From: Octopus bimaculoides
Taxonomy: Eukaryota
Assembly: GCF_001194135.2 (NCBI RefSeq)
Contig: NC_069003.1
Span: 5,327,208-5,391,207 of the forward strand
Direction: 5' to 3'
Length of the DNA: 64,000 nucleotides
The first letter of the stretch is position 1, and the number at the start of each line of letters is the position of its first letter. The notes beneath the pieces were generated by a model that worked only from the letters and a program-made list of their open reading frames with translations, was not told the origin of the DNA and did no database searches. Below, piece by piece: positions 24,736-37,915 of this stretch. Made by a program: the position numbers and the translations under genes.

Positions 24736-25173
24736 CAACAACAATTAAAGTAAAACTTCAGTTTACAAATTTAATTTGTTCCTAAAGGCTGTTCATCAGC
24801 TGATATATTCATAAACTGAAATTACTTTTTCTATAGAAAATTCAAAAGAGGACACAGTGAATTCGAGCAGGGATGTACACTGAGCAAAAACTACAAAGCA
24901 AACAATGATCAGCTGCTGATGATGTTACCAGCTTGGTGCCAGTTTGTGTGTTCGTTGCACAAGACTCCATCCATCACTAGAAAATTTGGAAAATTGCTTA
25001 TAAACTGATTTGTTCGTGATGAGAGGCATCTGTAAACTGAACTTCCAATGTAATCATCTATTATGAAATGGTAAGAGTGCACCTGACCCCAGGTCAGAAG
25101 ATATTCTGATCCAGTCATCAGATGAAACATGAATAAAATTTGATGAATCAGTATATATGTGTGCATATGTGTG

Positions 25174-25247
<74 letters not shown>

Positions 25248-26084
25248 GGAATGTGTGATGTGCATGAGTGTTACATAACCAACCAAAACACACACACACC
25301 GAGGAGGCAGCATTTCAAAAGATAACAGAAAAAGCTCAATTGCCCTAAAAAAACAATAAAAATAAAATTATTCAAACAGTGAATAATTGTGAAAAACTGA
25401 ATAATTAACGCAGTACATTACAGAAATTAATTACTGGTTGATGTACTTCGAAGGAAACCATCCATAAATTCTATTCATACAAGGACAGAGAGAACAAGAG
25501 AGAGAGAGAGAGGGAGAGAGATAGTAAGTGATGTGTAAGAGAGAAAGAGAGAGAAACATAGTCAAGTGTGATCCAACAGAGCCAAGATGTGATGCTAAGA
25601 ATGTACTATTTATGAAAAACCACAAAATGTAATGAAGTTAAAGAATTATCTATTTATTTATTACGAGGATAGAACACAGAAAAAGACTGTACAATGTAAT
25701 GAGGTGAGCTTGGAGGGAGTTACTTGACTAGCTAGAAATAGCAGCCAAATCTTCAAATTTCACTCAAATGTCTTACAGAGAAAAGGTGGGAGGAAAGACA
25801 CCAGATACTGTAGCGCAGGCTTATTACACAGAGCTGAAAAAAAGAAGGTCCATTCAATAAGGGTTGAACTAGGGCAAAATGCAGACAACGACAATAACAA
25901 CAACATTACCAACAATGACAACAGAGATGCCTAAAACCTTCACAATTGCAGAACATACAAACAGTGTCATTCGTTCCCAGATTCTACAAGAATAGGTTTG
26001 GAGATGGGGGAAATATTATCTTGCCTGGAAGCAAGTGAGGGTTGATGGAACCAACTTACTCCCCACCCCCACCAAATTGCTGGA

Positions 26085-26635
26085 CTTGTACAGCAAGCTG
26101 GCAGAGTCGTTAGCATGATGGACGAAATGTTTAGTGGCATTTTGTCTGTCTGTCTGTATGTTCTGAGTTCAAATTCCGCCGAAGTCAACTCTGCCTTTCA
26201 TCCTCTCAGGGTCAATAAAACAAGTACCAGTTACACACCAGGGTCAATAAAATAAGTACCAGTTACACACCGGGGTTACACTGTCCCCCTCACTACAAAT
26301 CTGAGCCCTTGTGCCTATAGTAGAAAGGATTATTATCATCATCATCATCATCATCTCTTATAACATATAAAGGCAGTGAGCTGGCAGAATTGTTACTGTG
26401 CCAGATGAAATGCTTAGCAACATTTCTGTTAGCTTTATGCTGTGAGTTCAAATGCCACCGGGGTTACCTCTACCTTTCATCCTTTTTTTTTTTCTTAGGG
26501 AACAGTGGGGGATGTCAATGAAATAAATATCAGTCGAACATTAGGGTCAATATGTATGTAATCAACTCGCCCCCCCCACACGCACGTCCCCCCCGCCAAA
26601 TTTCAGCCCTTGTGCATAACCAAAGAATGGATTAT
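26085..26635 (+). mobile_element. Two tandem SINE family B copies separated by (ATT/ATC)n
   Basis: gctggcagagtcgttagc at about 26097 and gctggcagaattgttac at about 26380. Confidence 0.85.
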
Positions 26636-26734
26636 ATGTCAGCCTGAGAAACTATGTCGAAGCAAACACTGGCGTTAATTACAGTTTCTCCAACTTGTAG
26701 GATCCAGCCAAAACAGACATTAAACAATGATGGT

Positions 26735-26772
<38 letters not shown>

Positions 26773-27014
26773 ACTCTGTGCTATTAAGTGTGCTTGTTAA
26801 AATATTATCAAATGCAAGGAGTCACAAGTTATACGGAACAGTACAGCAGCATTAACCGGTGGAGCGATAACCATAAAGTACATTGCCATCCTATGAGAGC
26901 CGAGGATGTTAGGAGGTTATGCAGTATTGTGTTAGTTCTGTAACAATATATGCTCCACATTTTATCTCATAACAACAGATGGTTGCTTCTCTGCTTCTCA
27001 CTCTCTTTCTCTCC

Positions 27015-27060
<46 letters not shown>

Positions 27061-27178
27061 CACACTCACATATGCATTCTTTGTTTCTCTCTCTATCTCT
27101 CTCTCTCTCTTACACACGCATACACACACAGAGTCTTTGTCTCTCTCTCTCTCTCAGTAGATCACATACACATGCATA

Positions 27179-27218
<40 letters not shown>

Positions 27219-27458
27219 CTCTCTCATCCGATCACACACACACACACACACTTTTGTATCTCTCTCCCTCTCATACACACACAATCTTTCTCTCTCTCTC
27301 CCTCCCTTCATTCCTCTCTCTCTCACTCTCTCACCACATGACACACCTACATACAGTGTCTATATGACTGTGTCTATGTACTTACATATGTAATAGCATG
27401 TATGTGTCTGCAAACTTCTTTGTAAGTGTTTATGTTTATCTGTGTATGCGTATATATA

Positions 27459-27489
<31 letters not shown>

Positions 27490-27519
27490 GAATCCGCTCT
27501 AAGCATTTCTGCCACAGTA

Positions 27520-27725
27520 TGATGTGTGTATGTGTGTGTACCCCCACCATTGCTTGACAACCAATGCTGCTGTGTTTATGCTCCCATAACTTGCCAGTTC
27601 AGCAAAAGATACTGATAGAATAAGTATTAGGCTTACATACAGTAAGTCCTGGGGTCGATTTGTTCAACTAAAGGTGGTGCTCCAGCATGGCCACAGTCAC
27701 ATGATGGAAACAAGTAAAACAATAA
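27520..27725 (+). mobile_element. SINE family A tail
   Basis: gcttgacaaccaatgctg...ccagcatggccacagtc...gaaacaagtaaa. Confidence 0.85.
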
Positions 27726-27746
27726 AAAAAACTATGCCACCTTAAT

Positions 27747-27774
27747 CCCAAGCAACGCCGGGTACCTCTGCTAG
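27747..27774 (+). mobile_element. Orphan Helitron 3' terminus
   Basis: cccaagcaacgccggg hairpin, then tacctctg CTAG|T. Confidence 0.6.
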
Positions 27775-28157
27775 TATATAATACATATATACATACAATG
27801 TGGACAAACAGATCTACAAACAAACTCCACTGTGAAATCCTATTGAGGCTGAATGTAGAAGCCCTGCCCCCGCCCATCCTTGTACGTGTGAAGAGTTCAA
27901 ACGGTTGATAGGGACCAGCTGTTTATGAAAATTTACTACAAATGAACTTTACTTAACATTACTAACTAAGCTATTTCACTTATCTAAAGGCGGCACTCCA
28001 GCATGGCCGCTGTCAAATGACTGAAACAAGTAAAAGAATAAAAAAGGAAAAAGGATAAAATACTGCCATGAAATAAAATGCGTGGCTTTTAAAAAAATGC
28101 AGAAGTGATTCTCTCCCTTTTAATAGTAAATTCACCAGAAGTAAACCACATGCTCAA

Positions 28158-28977
28158 CATTTTTGATAACTTCCTTAACTTTTGCAAATAAATGCATGAA
28201 ATTTTGATACAATATGAAGGACATGATGGAAATTAATATGCACAAGTCAAATTTCGCAACACCACTACATCACATATGGAAAATGACATCGCTTAAATGG
28301 CTGCCATTTTTGGCGTCGTACGCCTGTGCTCTTTCCAAAACTTGCACCATAACGCCCTCAAGAGTTTCAGACCCCTACTTCTCTGATTTCTCTGTTGATG
28401 TTCTCCTTCAGCTGCACCAGGGTCTCTGGTTTGTTGACGTAAATCCTCTCTTTCAGGTATGCCTACAAGAAAAAATCCAGGCTAGTCAAGTCTGGGGGCC
28501 GTGAAGGCCATTGCCGTTTCTCTCTCCAAAGCACTGCCATAGCAACCGCATTGTTTCTCTTGCAGTATGAGCAAGTTGCCCCATCTTACTGGAACCATGT
28601 GTGAGGTCTACTTTGAATGGCTGGGTGCAAAAAGGTCTCATTCATGGATACCTGAAAGAGAGGATTTATGTCAACAAACCGGAGACCCAGGTGCAACTGA
28701 AGGAGAACATCAATAGAGAAATCAGAGAAGTGGGGTCTGAAACTCTTGAGGGTGTTATGGTGCAAGTTTTGGAAAGAGCACAGGCATGTGGAAAATGGCT
28801 GTCATTTAAGCAATGTCATTTTCCATATGTGATGTAGTGGTGTTGCAAAATTTGACGTGTGCATATTAATTTCCATTATGTCCTTCATATTGTATCAAAA
28901 TTTCATGCCTTTATTTGCAAAAGTTAAGGAAGTTGTTAAAAATTGAAACCCATCAGTGACTTTGGGGACACCCTGTA
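28158..28977. mobile_element. Foldback derivative of a Tc1/mariner-superfamily (DD37D/rosa-like) transposon: two 3' ends in inverted orientation
   Basis: Arms 28158-28460 and 28648-28945; minus strand reads WFQ*DGAT...WPSRPPDLTSLDFFL*AYLKERIYVNKP; right terminus gggacaccctgta. Confidence 0.88.
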
Positions 28978-28984
28978 CCTATAT

Positions 28985-29190
28985 CATTGTCATCGTCATC
29001 ATTTAGTGGCCCCTTTCCCATGTTAGCATTGGTTGGATGGTTCGACAAGAGTAGATAAGCCAGTGGGCCACACCAGATTCTAAATCTACCTTGGCTTGGT
29101 TTTCTACAGTTGAATGCCCTTTGTAATGTCAACCGCTTAACAGAGAGCACTGGGTGCTTTTTATGTGGCACCAGCACTGGTGAGGTTGCC
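28985..29190 (-). mobile_element. Family C SINE 3' part
   Basis: (CAT)n, ccatgttagcattggttgga, ttctacagttgaatgccctt. Confidence 0.75.
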
Positions 29191-29349
29191 AATTCACTGT
29201 TAGATAAGACCCCCACAACTGAGCGGGATATAGAATGGAGGAATAAGAGACTACGATGGAGGGAGAGGAGCAAGTGTCTTGCTGAAGAGGTAAATACATG
29301 CCTTGCCCACCTGGAGAGAGAGAAGTCCAAGTACAAAGTGAATATAAGA

Positions 29350-29380
<31 letters not shown>

Positions 29381-29399
29381 CATATATATACAGACAGAT

Positions 29400-29575
29400 A
29401 CACACTGCACAAGAGGCCTCTTTCACTGCCACCTACCAAATCCCCTCACAATGCATCGATCAGCCTGAGGCTGAAGTAGGAGACATTTGCCCAATGTACC
29501 ATGCCGCAGAACTGAACCTGGAACCACTTGGTTGAAAAATAAACTTTTTAAATACACAGCCATGCCTGGAAGCAA
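29400..29575 (-). mobile_element. SINE family A head
   Basis: Reverse-complement match to the A head. Confidence 0.75.
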
Positions 29576-29735
29576 CATAATGGATATATGTGATGCATTT
29601 AATTATGACTAAATTCTCTGAAAGCAACAAGGATAGGCTTAAATCAAGAAATGAGCAGCCAATCTTGTGTATCATTTCTTTTACTTAGAAATCATAAAAA
29701 ATTCTCAAAACTTCCAAGAATTTTCTCACCTATAG

Positions 29736-29860
29736 GATGATTGAAAGTTCTGGGATGAGGATGTTGACTCAGTCGAAGAAGGAAGGGCAGTATCTTACAA
29801 CTTTTTTGTCAGATTTCCAAGATTGTTGGGGAAAATTGGGAGAGCCTACATCACTCACAC
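29736..29860 (+). other. Candidate 125-nt exon (open frame MIESSG...EPTSLT)
   Basis: ttttctcacctatag|...cac|gtaagt; could equally be a decayed transposase. Confidence 0.15.
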
Positions 29861-30059
29861 GTAAGTTCTAAAAGCTAAGACTTTATGCCAAGTGCTTGCA
29901 AAAAAAGTGGTCTTTGCAAATGGCACTGAGGAGCCAGAGGGTGATGTTGAATCAGAAGACAGACGAAGACTACTACAAAACAAAACGCACAATCCATTCG
30001 GTAGGCTTCCACACAATTTCCTTTTTTACCAAATAATACTCACACGATCTGCGCTGACC

Positions 30060-30562
30060 TTTTATCTTTGACTGTGTGGCCATGTTGGAGCACTGTCGTG
30101 AAGGGTTTAGTCTAATAAATTTAAGCCCAGTACTTAGTGGCAAGTTTGATACAAATTCTTTCATTCTCGTTTACTAAACTGCTAAGTTATGGGGACATAA
30201 ACAAACCAACATCAGCTGTCAACCACTGGCAGAGGACAAACACAACCACATGCATATATATGTGTGTATATAAGTATAAATGTATATAAGTATATATATA
30301 CACACACAGCCATATATTCATATACATACACATGCATGCACGCACACAAACACAAACCCACACACACACACACACACACATGCAGACACACACATATATA
30401 TTACATAAATGCACAAAGGGCTTTCACAGTTTCTGTTAATTTCACTCGCAAGGCACTAGATGGCCTGGGGCTATAGAAGACACTTGCCCAAGGTGCTGTG
30501 TTGTGGGACTGAACATGAAACAACATGGTTGCAAAGCAACCTTCTTAACCACACAGCCATGT
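30060..30562 (-). mobile_element. SINE family A, full length, diverged
   Basis: Tail, central microsatellite and head on minus. Confidence 0.82.
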
Positions 30563-30572
30563 CTACACTTAC

Positions 30573-30631
30573 CTTCATAACCACAGACCTCTCTAACGGC
30601 CATTTTTAATTTCATGCTTACCCTCATTAAA
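30573..30631 (-). other. Candidate 59-nt exon
   Basis: Minus: ttgttatttacag|tttaatg...gttatgaag|gtaagt; one open frame LMRVSMKLKMAVREVCGYE. Confidence 0.3.
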
Positions 30632-30918
30632 CTGTAAATAACAATTCTGTTTGCTGATCTGTGGTTTGTCTCAGTCTGGTAAGGGCATGAGAAATTTGAG
30701 AAAGGTTGATGGAAATATTTCATGAAGGAGTGAACTAATTAGAGAGAGAGAGGATTGTTTGCAAGTAATGAGAAATTAAAACAAAACTGACACAACCAAT
30801 TATTTACCATCATTAAACACATTGACTAACCAATGATATTGAAATACTCGTTACTGTCTGTAGAACTAGATTAATTTATGTGCTAATAACAAATCTCTCT
30901 CTATACATTTGTGTGCAC

Positions 30919-30979
<61 letters not shown>

Positions 30980-30981
<2 letters not shown>

Positions 30982-31330
30982 CATGGCTGTGTGGTATGAA
31001 GTTTACTTCCTAATTATATGATTCCAGGTTCAGTTTCACTGCGAAGCACCTTGGACAAGTGCCTTCTACTATAGCCCCCAGGCTGATCTTGTGACCAGAT
31101 ATGGTAAGCAGAAACTGAAAGAAGCCCATCATAAATATGTGTGTGTGTGTGTCTGCACCCTTGTCTTGACATCATGTGATTGTTGTAAACAAGCATCACT
31201 TTCATACAAGCAGGGTTGTTAATTTCCAGTTTTTCCCTGAAAAACAGGTCTAGCTATAAGGAAACATTACTTTGCTTGAAAATAGCTGAGGATTGACAAC
31301 AGGAAAGGCATCTGGCTGTAGAAACTCGAC
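30980..31330 (+). mobile_element. Composite SINE: family A head joined to family C (V-like) body
   Basis: A head to gaaagaagccc, (TG)n, then cttgtcttgacatc...aggaaaggcatctggctgtagaaac as at 5955-6185 and 54500-54610. Confidence 0.7.
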
Positions 31331-31657
31331 TTCAATACCAATGCCAGTGTCATGGGGCGATAGTAGATGGCACTCACCCAAGGTGCCACGCATTGGATTG
31401 AACCCAGAAATATGTAGCTGGGAAGCATATTTCTTACCACACAGCCACAGATCAAACATCAAGCAACACACTCTGTATCAAGAGCTGATACAATCATAAA
31501 ATCAGAAACACATACACACATATACCTTATTCACACACATACATACAGGTATACACACATATATATATACACACATACACAAAAAATACACATACAAACA
31601 TACATAAGTACATAAACGTATATGCGTGTTGATACATATGTACTCACACACACACAC

Positions 31658-31701
<44 letters not shown>

Positions 31702-31749
31702 GGGTAGATAGATGGATAGATGGATAGACAGATAGATAGATGGATAGAC

Positions 31750-31796
<47 letters not shown>

Positions 31797-32199
31797 CAGA
31801 TAGGTACATAGATAAACAGACAGATAGAGAACGAAAGAGAGAGACTAAAACTCGGAGAAATAGAGAGAAATGGGTCATCATTTGAAGACAACCGGAAATT
31901 GGCCATTGAAAATGTAGCATGAATCAAGCATGTGTGTAGCGTAATGGCCAAAAATATGGAAGATTGGCTAATTAGTGGGGTGTATAGATGAAGAAAAATC
32001 TAACCTATATTTCCTGTTCAGCTTACTCATTAAGGTTAATTTTCCAGAAATAGACATTTTAAGAGGTGAAAACAGTAGAAGAGATACATTATCAACATCA
32101 CAAAAGTCATGGCTAGTGATTCTATATCTACGACAAGTATCTCAATCTATTTTCGTGGGAAGGAGAATTAATTTGATTTCAATAAATGGACACAGTCGC

Positions 32200-32510
32200 A
32201 AGGCTTGGCTGTGTGGGAAGAAGCTTGCTTCCCAACCACATGGTCCTGGGTTCAGTCCCACTCTTCTACTATAGCCTTGGGCTGACCAAAGCCTTGTGAG
32301 TGGATCTGGCAGACGGAGACTGAAAGAAGCCCATTATATGTATGTATGTATGTGTGTGTGTGTGTGTGTGCATGCATGCATGTGTGTGTGTGTGTGTGCG
32401 TGCGTGTGTGTCTGTGTTTGTCCCCCCACCATTGCTTGACAACTGATGTTGGTGTGTTTACGTCCCTGTAACTTAGCGGTTCGGCACAAAAGTCCGATAG
32501 AATAAAACCA
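32200..32510 (+). mobile_element. SINE family A, 3' truncated
   Basis: Head and body match 1677-2030. Confidence 0.88.
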
Positions 32511-32588
32511 TCTGAATGGATTTGGTAGATAAAAACTGAGATAAGTCAGTCGTGTGTGTACATGTGTGTATGTGAAAGTGAGTATGTG

Positions 32589-32638
<50 letters not shown>

Positions 32639-32712
32639 ATGTTTGCATTTGTGTGTATGTACACATGTATGTGTATATATGTGTGCATGCACATACACAT
32701 AAAAAAGAGTAA

Positions 32713-33050
32713 AGACCCCCTTCAGTCACAAATGACCATGGGTTTGCACCTAGAAAGTTACCCTCCAAGGTATAAGTTTGGGCAAGGTTGTTTATGGAAG
32801 ACTAGCAGTCACTCATGCATACCGGCCTCCACTCTCTCCACACCACCGATGTTATCCAAGGGAAAGGACAAGGGGCCGATACAGCTAGGCACCAGTGACG
32901 TCGCAACTCATTTCTACAGATTAGTAAACTGGAGCAACGTGGAAATAAAGTGTCTTGCTCAAGAACACAACACACAGCCAGGTTCGGGAATCGAACTCAC
33001 AACCTCAGGATTGTAAGCCCGATGCTCTAACCACTGAGCCACACATCTTC
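32713..33050 (-). mobile_element. SINE family D, full length
   Basis: Minus head tggctcagtggttagagcatcgggcttacaatcctgaggttgtgagttcgattccc is clearly tRNA-like (A and B boxes). Confidence 0.9.
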
Positions 33051-34134
33051 ACATACACATACTTGTGCATAAAAACGTTGGTGCATTGAACTAAAATGCC
33101 TTGTGGTATTTCAATCCATCTCAGTTACCGCCCTTTACACATTTTCTTTGTCGTTCTTTTTCTCCAAGGCCAGTATAAAGAAACACCAGCCAGACAAACA
33201 CGCAATGAGAAAATGGAAGATGAATGGGATCGCCATAATTAGCAAAAATACCACCACCATAAATAACAATAACAACAGCAACTCCTCCCATAGAGGAAGT
33301 GCTCCAGTATGGCTGCAATCCAATTAGAGAAATCAGTACAAAAGAAAAAAAGAGAAGAATATAAGAAAAATTACGTTCATCTTAAGCCCATCCACCCACC
33401 TGCCAAAGCAAACCAAAAAATATAAAATTTTGAAAAGAAATATTTTAAAAAAAATTTGAAAGAAAAAAAGAGAGAGAGAGAGAGAGAGGGGGGGATACAG
33501 AGAGGGGGAAAAAGTATGTCTGCCATGTATAAATTCTGATAATTTTGGTAATTTTGCATTTGAATTCATCAGGATTGTGAATGAGCAGCGACAAAGAATG
33601 GAGGAGATTATGTAGCGGAACTAAGTCCGTATGAATGTCATATTTCCAGTTTTTCTAGTTTGGCTGATGACGATCGACACGGAATGTTCAAGGTTGAGTC
33701 ACTGCGATTAGGGTTACTGCTGCTTGATAAAATATGCTAATTTCTGAATCATTTTCTCCAAACTAGTACAGAAACAATTCGACAAGGTGCTCAGCTTTAC
33801 ATTGCTCTCCCTCCCTCTCTCTCTCTACAACTCTCTGCTCTCTTTTCGGCTGTCTGTCTCTCTCTTTCCACCACACATACGCACGCGCACACATGCACAG
33901 CAAACCGCACGCTGCTGTTACGCCATCAAAACTACTCCTCGTGAACTGGTCTACCTGTAATCAGACTACAAGCTATTCACCCTATGTACAATAGTCTTCC
34001 CACACTGTTTGCTTATATCCACATGTTGTTGTGGCATTTGTCATTGATAATATTGTTGTCATTGTTGCTGTCACCAGCAAAAAAAAAAAAAAAAAAATAA
34101 TAATAATAATAATAATAATAATTTCTAATTTTTT

Positions 34135-34455
34135 CCATGAGGGCAGCTTGGGGGAGGTGGGGATGAGTCGATTACATCGACCCCAGTGTTCAACAGGTAG
34201 TTATTTTATCAACCTCGAAATGATGAACGGCAAAGTCAACCTTGGCGGAATTTGAACCCAGAATGTAGCTTGGGCAAAATACCACTAAGTATTTTGTCCA
34301 GTGTGCTAACGATTCTGCCAGGCCGCTGCCGCCTTCAATAATAATAATAATAATAATCCTTTCTACTATAGGCACAAGGTCTGAAATTTTGGGGGAAGGG
34401 GCAAGTCAATTACATCGACCCCAGTACTCAACTGGTACTTAATTTATTGACCCCA
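34135..34455 (-). mobile_element. SINE family B, full copy plus partial copy, flanked by (AAT)n
   Basis: gtgctaacgattctgccaggccgctgccgcctt then (AAT)n then tcctttctactataggcacaagg. Confidence 0.85.
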
Positions 34456-34751
34456 ATACTTAATTTATTAGTCCAGTAGATTAAAACAGGGGATTGAAGG
34501 GTTCCATGGGCAAAAAGATGGTTGAAAACCACTGACGTAAACTGTGACTGGAGAGAGATATGACTGTTATTTCTAGCAGATTGAGTGACCATGTAAGGCA
34601 ATGGTTCTCCACTAGAGTCCATATGAGATTTTGTTGTTAAAATTTACGTGCAATAAATTGGTTGCACTTCTATAAAAACAAAATATTTTAACGTTTTTTT
34701 TTTAATACAATTCCTAATAGTATTTAATTATGGAAATATAATAGGATATTT

Positions 34752-34990
34752 TTAACCTTTTGGCAATCAGATTATCCTGTCAAATGTAATGCTTACATAT
34801 TCACGTTGTTTTGGATTAACCATGAACGTTCTGAAAGCTTTGAGATTTTCAAGATGTAAATGTTTATTTTTAAAATGACATCGTAAGGTATGTGTGTGTG
34901 AGAGAGAGGCTGGATCTGGCCAGTTCGAACATAAAACCAGTAGGATATTTGGGGCCTGATATGGCCAGTTTAAATGCTAAAGGGTTAAAC
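34752..34990. mobile_element. P1 MITE (TTAA ends)
   Basis: ttaaccttttt...aatgctaaagggttaa; reverse orientation relative to the 23512 array. Confidence 0.75.
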
Positions 34991-36004
34991 ATCAAATGGC
35001 CATAGGGAGGGGTCCACTTGAATAAAATAGGGATCAAAGAGGTCTAAAGGGAAAAAAACATGGTTGATAACCACTGAGGGCAAATAGAAAAGGTTGTTTG
35101 TATGAGGGCCAGAGATCACAGAAGTGGTGACAATAGGCAGAGAGAGAGAGAGAGAGAGAGAAATGAGATAGTATGGTTGAGTAACAGGCAGAAAGAGAGA
35201 GAGAGAGAGAGAGGAGACAGTATAGCTGAGCCAGAGGTCATAGTGTGTTGGAGAGTGAGTCAATAGTCCTATATAAATATTGACAGAGCATTGTTAGACA
35301 CAACGTCAAACTTAGGCAGGCTGTATAAATATCAAAAGGAAACTGATAGACAATATATACGTGAAATACAAATAGACGTATACAAATATGGAACGAAAAA
35401 GAAAAGACCTGGAAAATATAGCCTTATTGGGTTGTGACATTTTCTCACTATCAAAACACAAACAGGCAACAAAGAACCAACTATGTGGTTGCTTGACCTG
35501 CCAGAAATAGCAGCCAAATTGCCCCCAAATTACACCTTGCTATCTTACAGAAAGAAGTCAGATGGAATAATTTAGTCCTTAGCTATATTGTGTCTGAAAG
35601 TATACTTATCTACATTGTTTTAAGTTAACCTTTTGAGACACACAGTGTTTTGGTACATGTAGCCAAAAAGACCAAACTTTTTTTTTCTGTTGAGATACAT
35701 CTACAGAAAGACAATCTCTGATTAGCCATTACACTTCAATACCAACCATTCATAACATTTATCCCATCGGGCCAATGGATCGGCCTCAAAGTCCTCTCAG
35801 CTTGTATCATGTGGGCCAATGAATCAGCCTGGGTGTCCCAAGAGGGTTAATCACGCATCACCTTGTAGTTGTGTTTTCGATGATGTGATTCTTTCTTTTT
35901 AGAATGGCCTTGTAGGGTAAGTGTGAGAAGCTAGATGCGACTGGTTTCAACATAAACCAGAAAGAATATTCAGGCCGGTTGTGGCCAGTTTGAATGCTAA
36001 AGAG

Positions 36005-36170
36005 CAGTGTTCTGTAACCTTTTTTTACTTGCGGTACACATATTCTTTTCAAAATTTAGCAACACACCTGAACTAAGAATAGAACCAAATGTATAAGGAA
36101 AAAAATTATATTCAGGTTACACTGCGGCACACCTAGCATTGTCTCGAGGCACAATGGTTGTGGAGCACTG
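36005..36170. mobile_element. hAT MITE with perfect 8-bp TSD
   Basis: ctaaagag|cagtgttctgtaacc ... ggttgtggagcactg|ctaaagag (35997-36004 and 36171-36178). Confidence 0.9.
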
Positions 36171-37080
36171 CTAAAGAGTTAAACAATCTTAGACGAGAGG
36201 TGAGGAGAGAAAATCCTTTACTTACATATTCTTTAAAAGACGATAAACCAGTAAACCAAAGAACTGTGAAGTATTCAACACGTCCTTCCTTTAAACCTCC
36301 AGGGTTAACAAAATAAGCAAAGTCCTTATTTAGAAATTCTTCAGAAGAAAGTAAATCATTGAATCCATGAACCGATTTGAGCAACAAGTCGAATGTTGGA
36401 ATTTGAGAGAAAATTCTTTCTCAAAGTTTGTTTATATAAATAACCACAGGGATAAGGTGAAAAAAAAACAAAAAAGATAGGCTTCCTCTGGTAATTTATG
36501 TAAAAATGAAATTACACCGTTCCAGCCAGTATCACAAAACTTGGTGAATATGGAGGAAGGCTGTGTTTCATTGACGTTTGTATTAAATAACACACTGTCA
36601 CACATACACGCAAATCCACACACACACAATATAACTGGCACTTAGATTACAGAATGGTTTTTCATTTTTATGTAATTCAGTATTTTTTTTTTAATTATAG
36701 TAATGAGCTTCTTGGTAAAATACCCTCACTGACACCCTCTCAAGCCATTCTAAGTTTAACTACTCCTATCTATTTGTTCAGTATTATCAGCAAACATTCT
36801 CTCTCTCTCTCTCTCTACCTCTGCCTCTCTCTCTCTTTACCTCTCTCTGTCTCTCTCTACCACTACCGGTCTCTATCTCTGTCTCTCCCTGTCTTTCTCT
36901 CTCTCTGCCTACCCTTATCTCTCTCTGTCTACCCTTATCTCTCTCTCAACCTTGCTCTATCCCTCTACCTCTTTTTCTCAACCTTTCTCTTCATCCCTCT
37001 ATTTGTCTCTCTCTACCTCTCTCTCTCTACTTCTCTCTATCCATTTACCTGTATCCCTCTATGGATCTCTCTTTACATGC

Positions 37081-37156
<76 letters not shown>

Positions 37157-37880
37157 GATCCTACCCAAAACCAGATTTTTCTTTCCTCCCTATTAAACAA
37201 AACAATACAAAAAACAAAACTCGTTCCACTCTGCAAACTTTTCCCCACTTACTATTTACCGATGCCAAAGCCAAAGTGAAAGAGCATCCCTACTTTCCTC
37301 GGAACCTGTACCATTCCACCATTGTTACATAACAACAACAACAACAGCAGCAACTGTAGAAACTTTCTATTCATCATTTTGCTTTCATTGCTTTCCACCA
37401 CCATTAACGGACTGAAATACCTCCTCCAAACGAAACAATGGAATCGGTCTAAATTAAAAACAACCGAAACATAAAACTATTTTAAGTCACAAATGAACTA
37501 AATTAGACTCTCTTGTTCTCTCTGATGCCTTTTATTGGTGAGGAAAAGAAAAAAACAAGAAAACTAGTGTTCTCTTCTTTCGTCTTTTGGATACAACGAA
37601 ATAATGGTATGTTTTCCTCATAACACTTTGTTAAATAGATATACATTCCTGATATTATTACAATTTGTCTTTATAAAATTATAATTATAACAGGATGCTA
37701 ATTAGCTGTCGTTATTTACCAGATATATAAAACATCACCATCAAGTAATTTAATAAACAAACATTTGTCTAATTACTGGAGAGACAGACAGCCAGACAGA
37801 TGTAGATAAGTATTTAATTGTTACTGTCAATGTTAGGATGAAAAATACCCACAACATAGAGTGACCTTTATAAGAGATAG

Positions 37881-37915
<35 letters not shown>

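Noticed and set aside
25015-25090. C/D-box snoRNA-like motifs (gtgatga...ctga...ctga)
   Set aside because: No terminal stem and no guide complementarity that I can identify
32990-33045. tRNA-like sequence on minus
   Set aside because: It is the head of SINE family D and continues into the SINE body; no acceptor stem for a real tRNA
33662-33700. ctgatga motif as another hammerhead
   Set aside because: No stem II followed by GAAA; same for ctgatga at about 13034, 24916 and 62886
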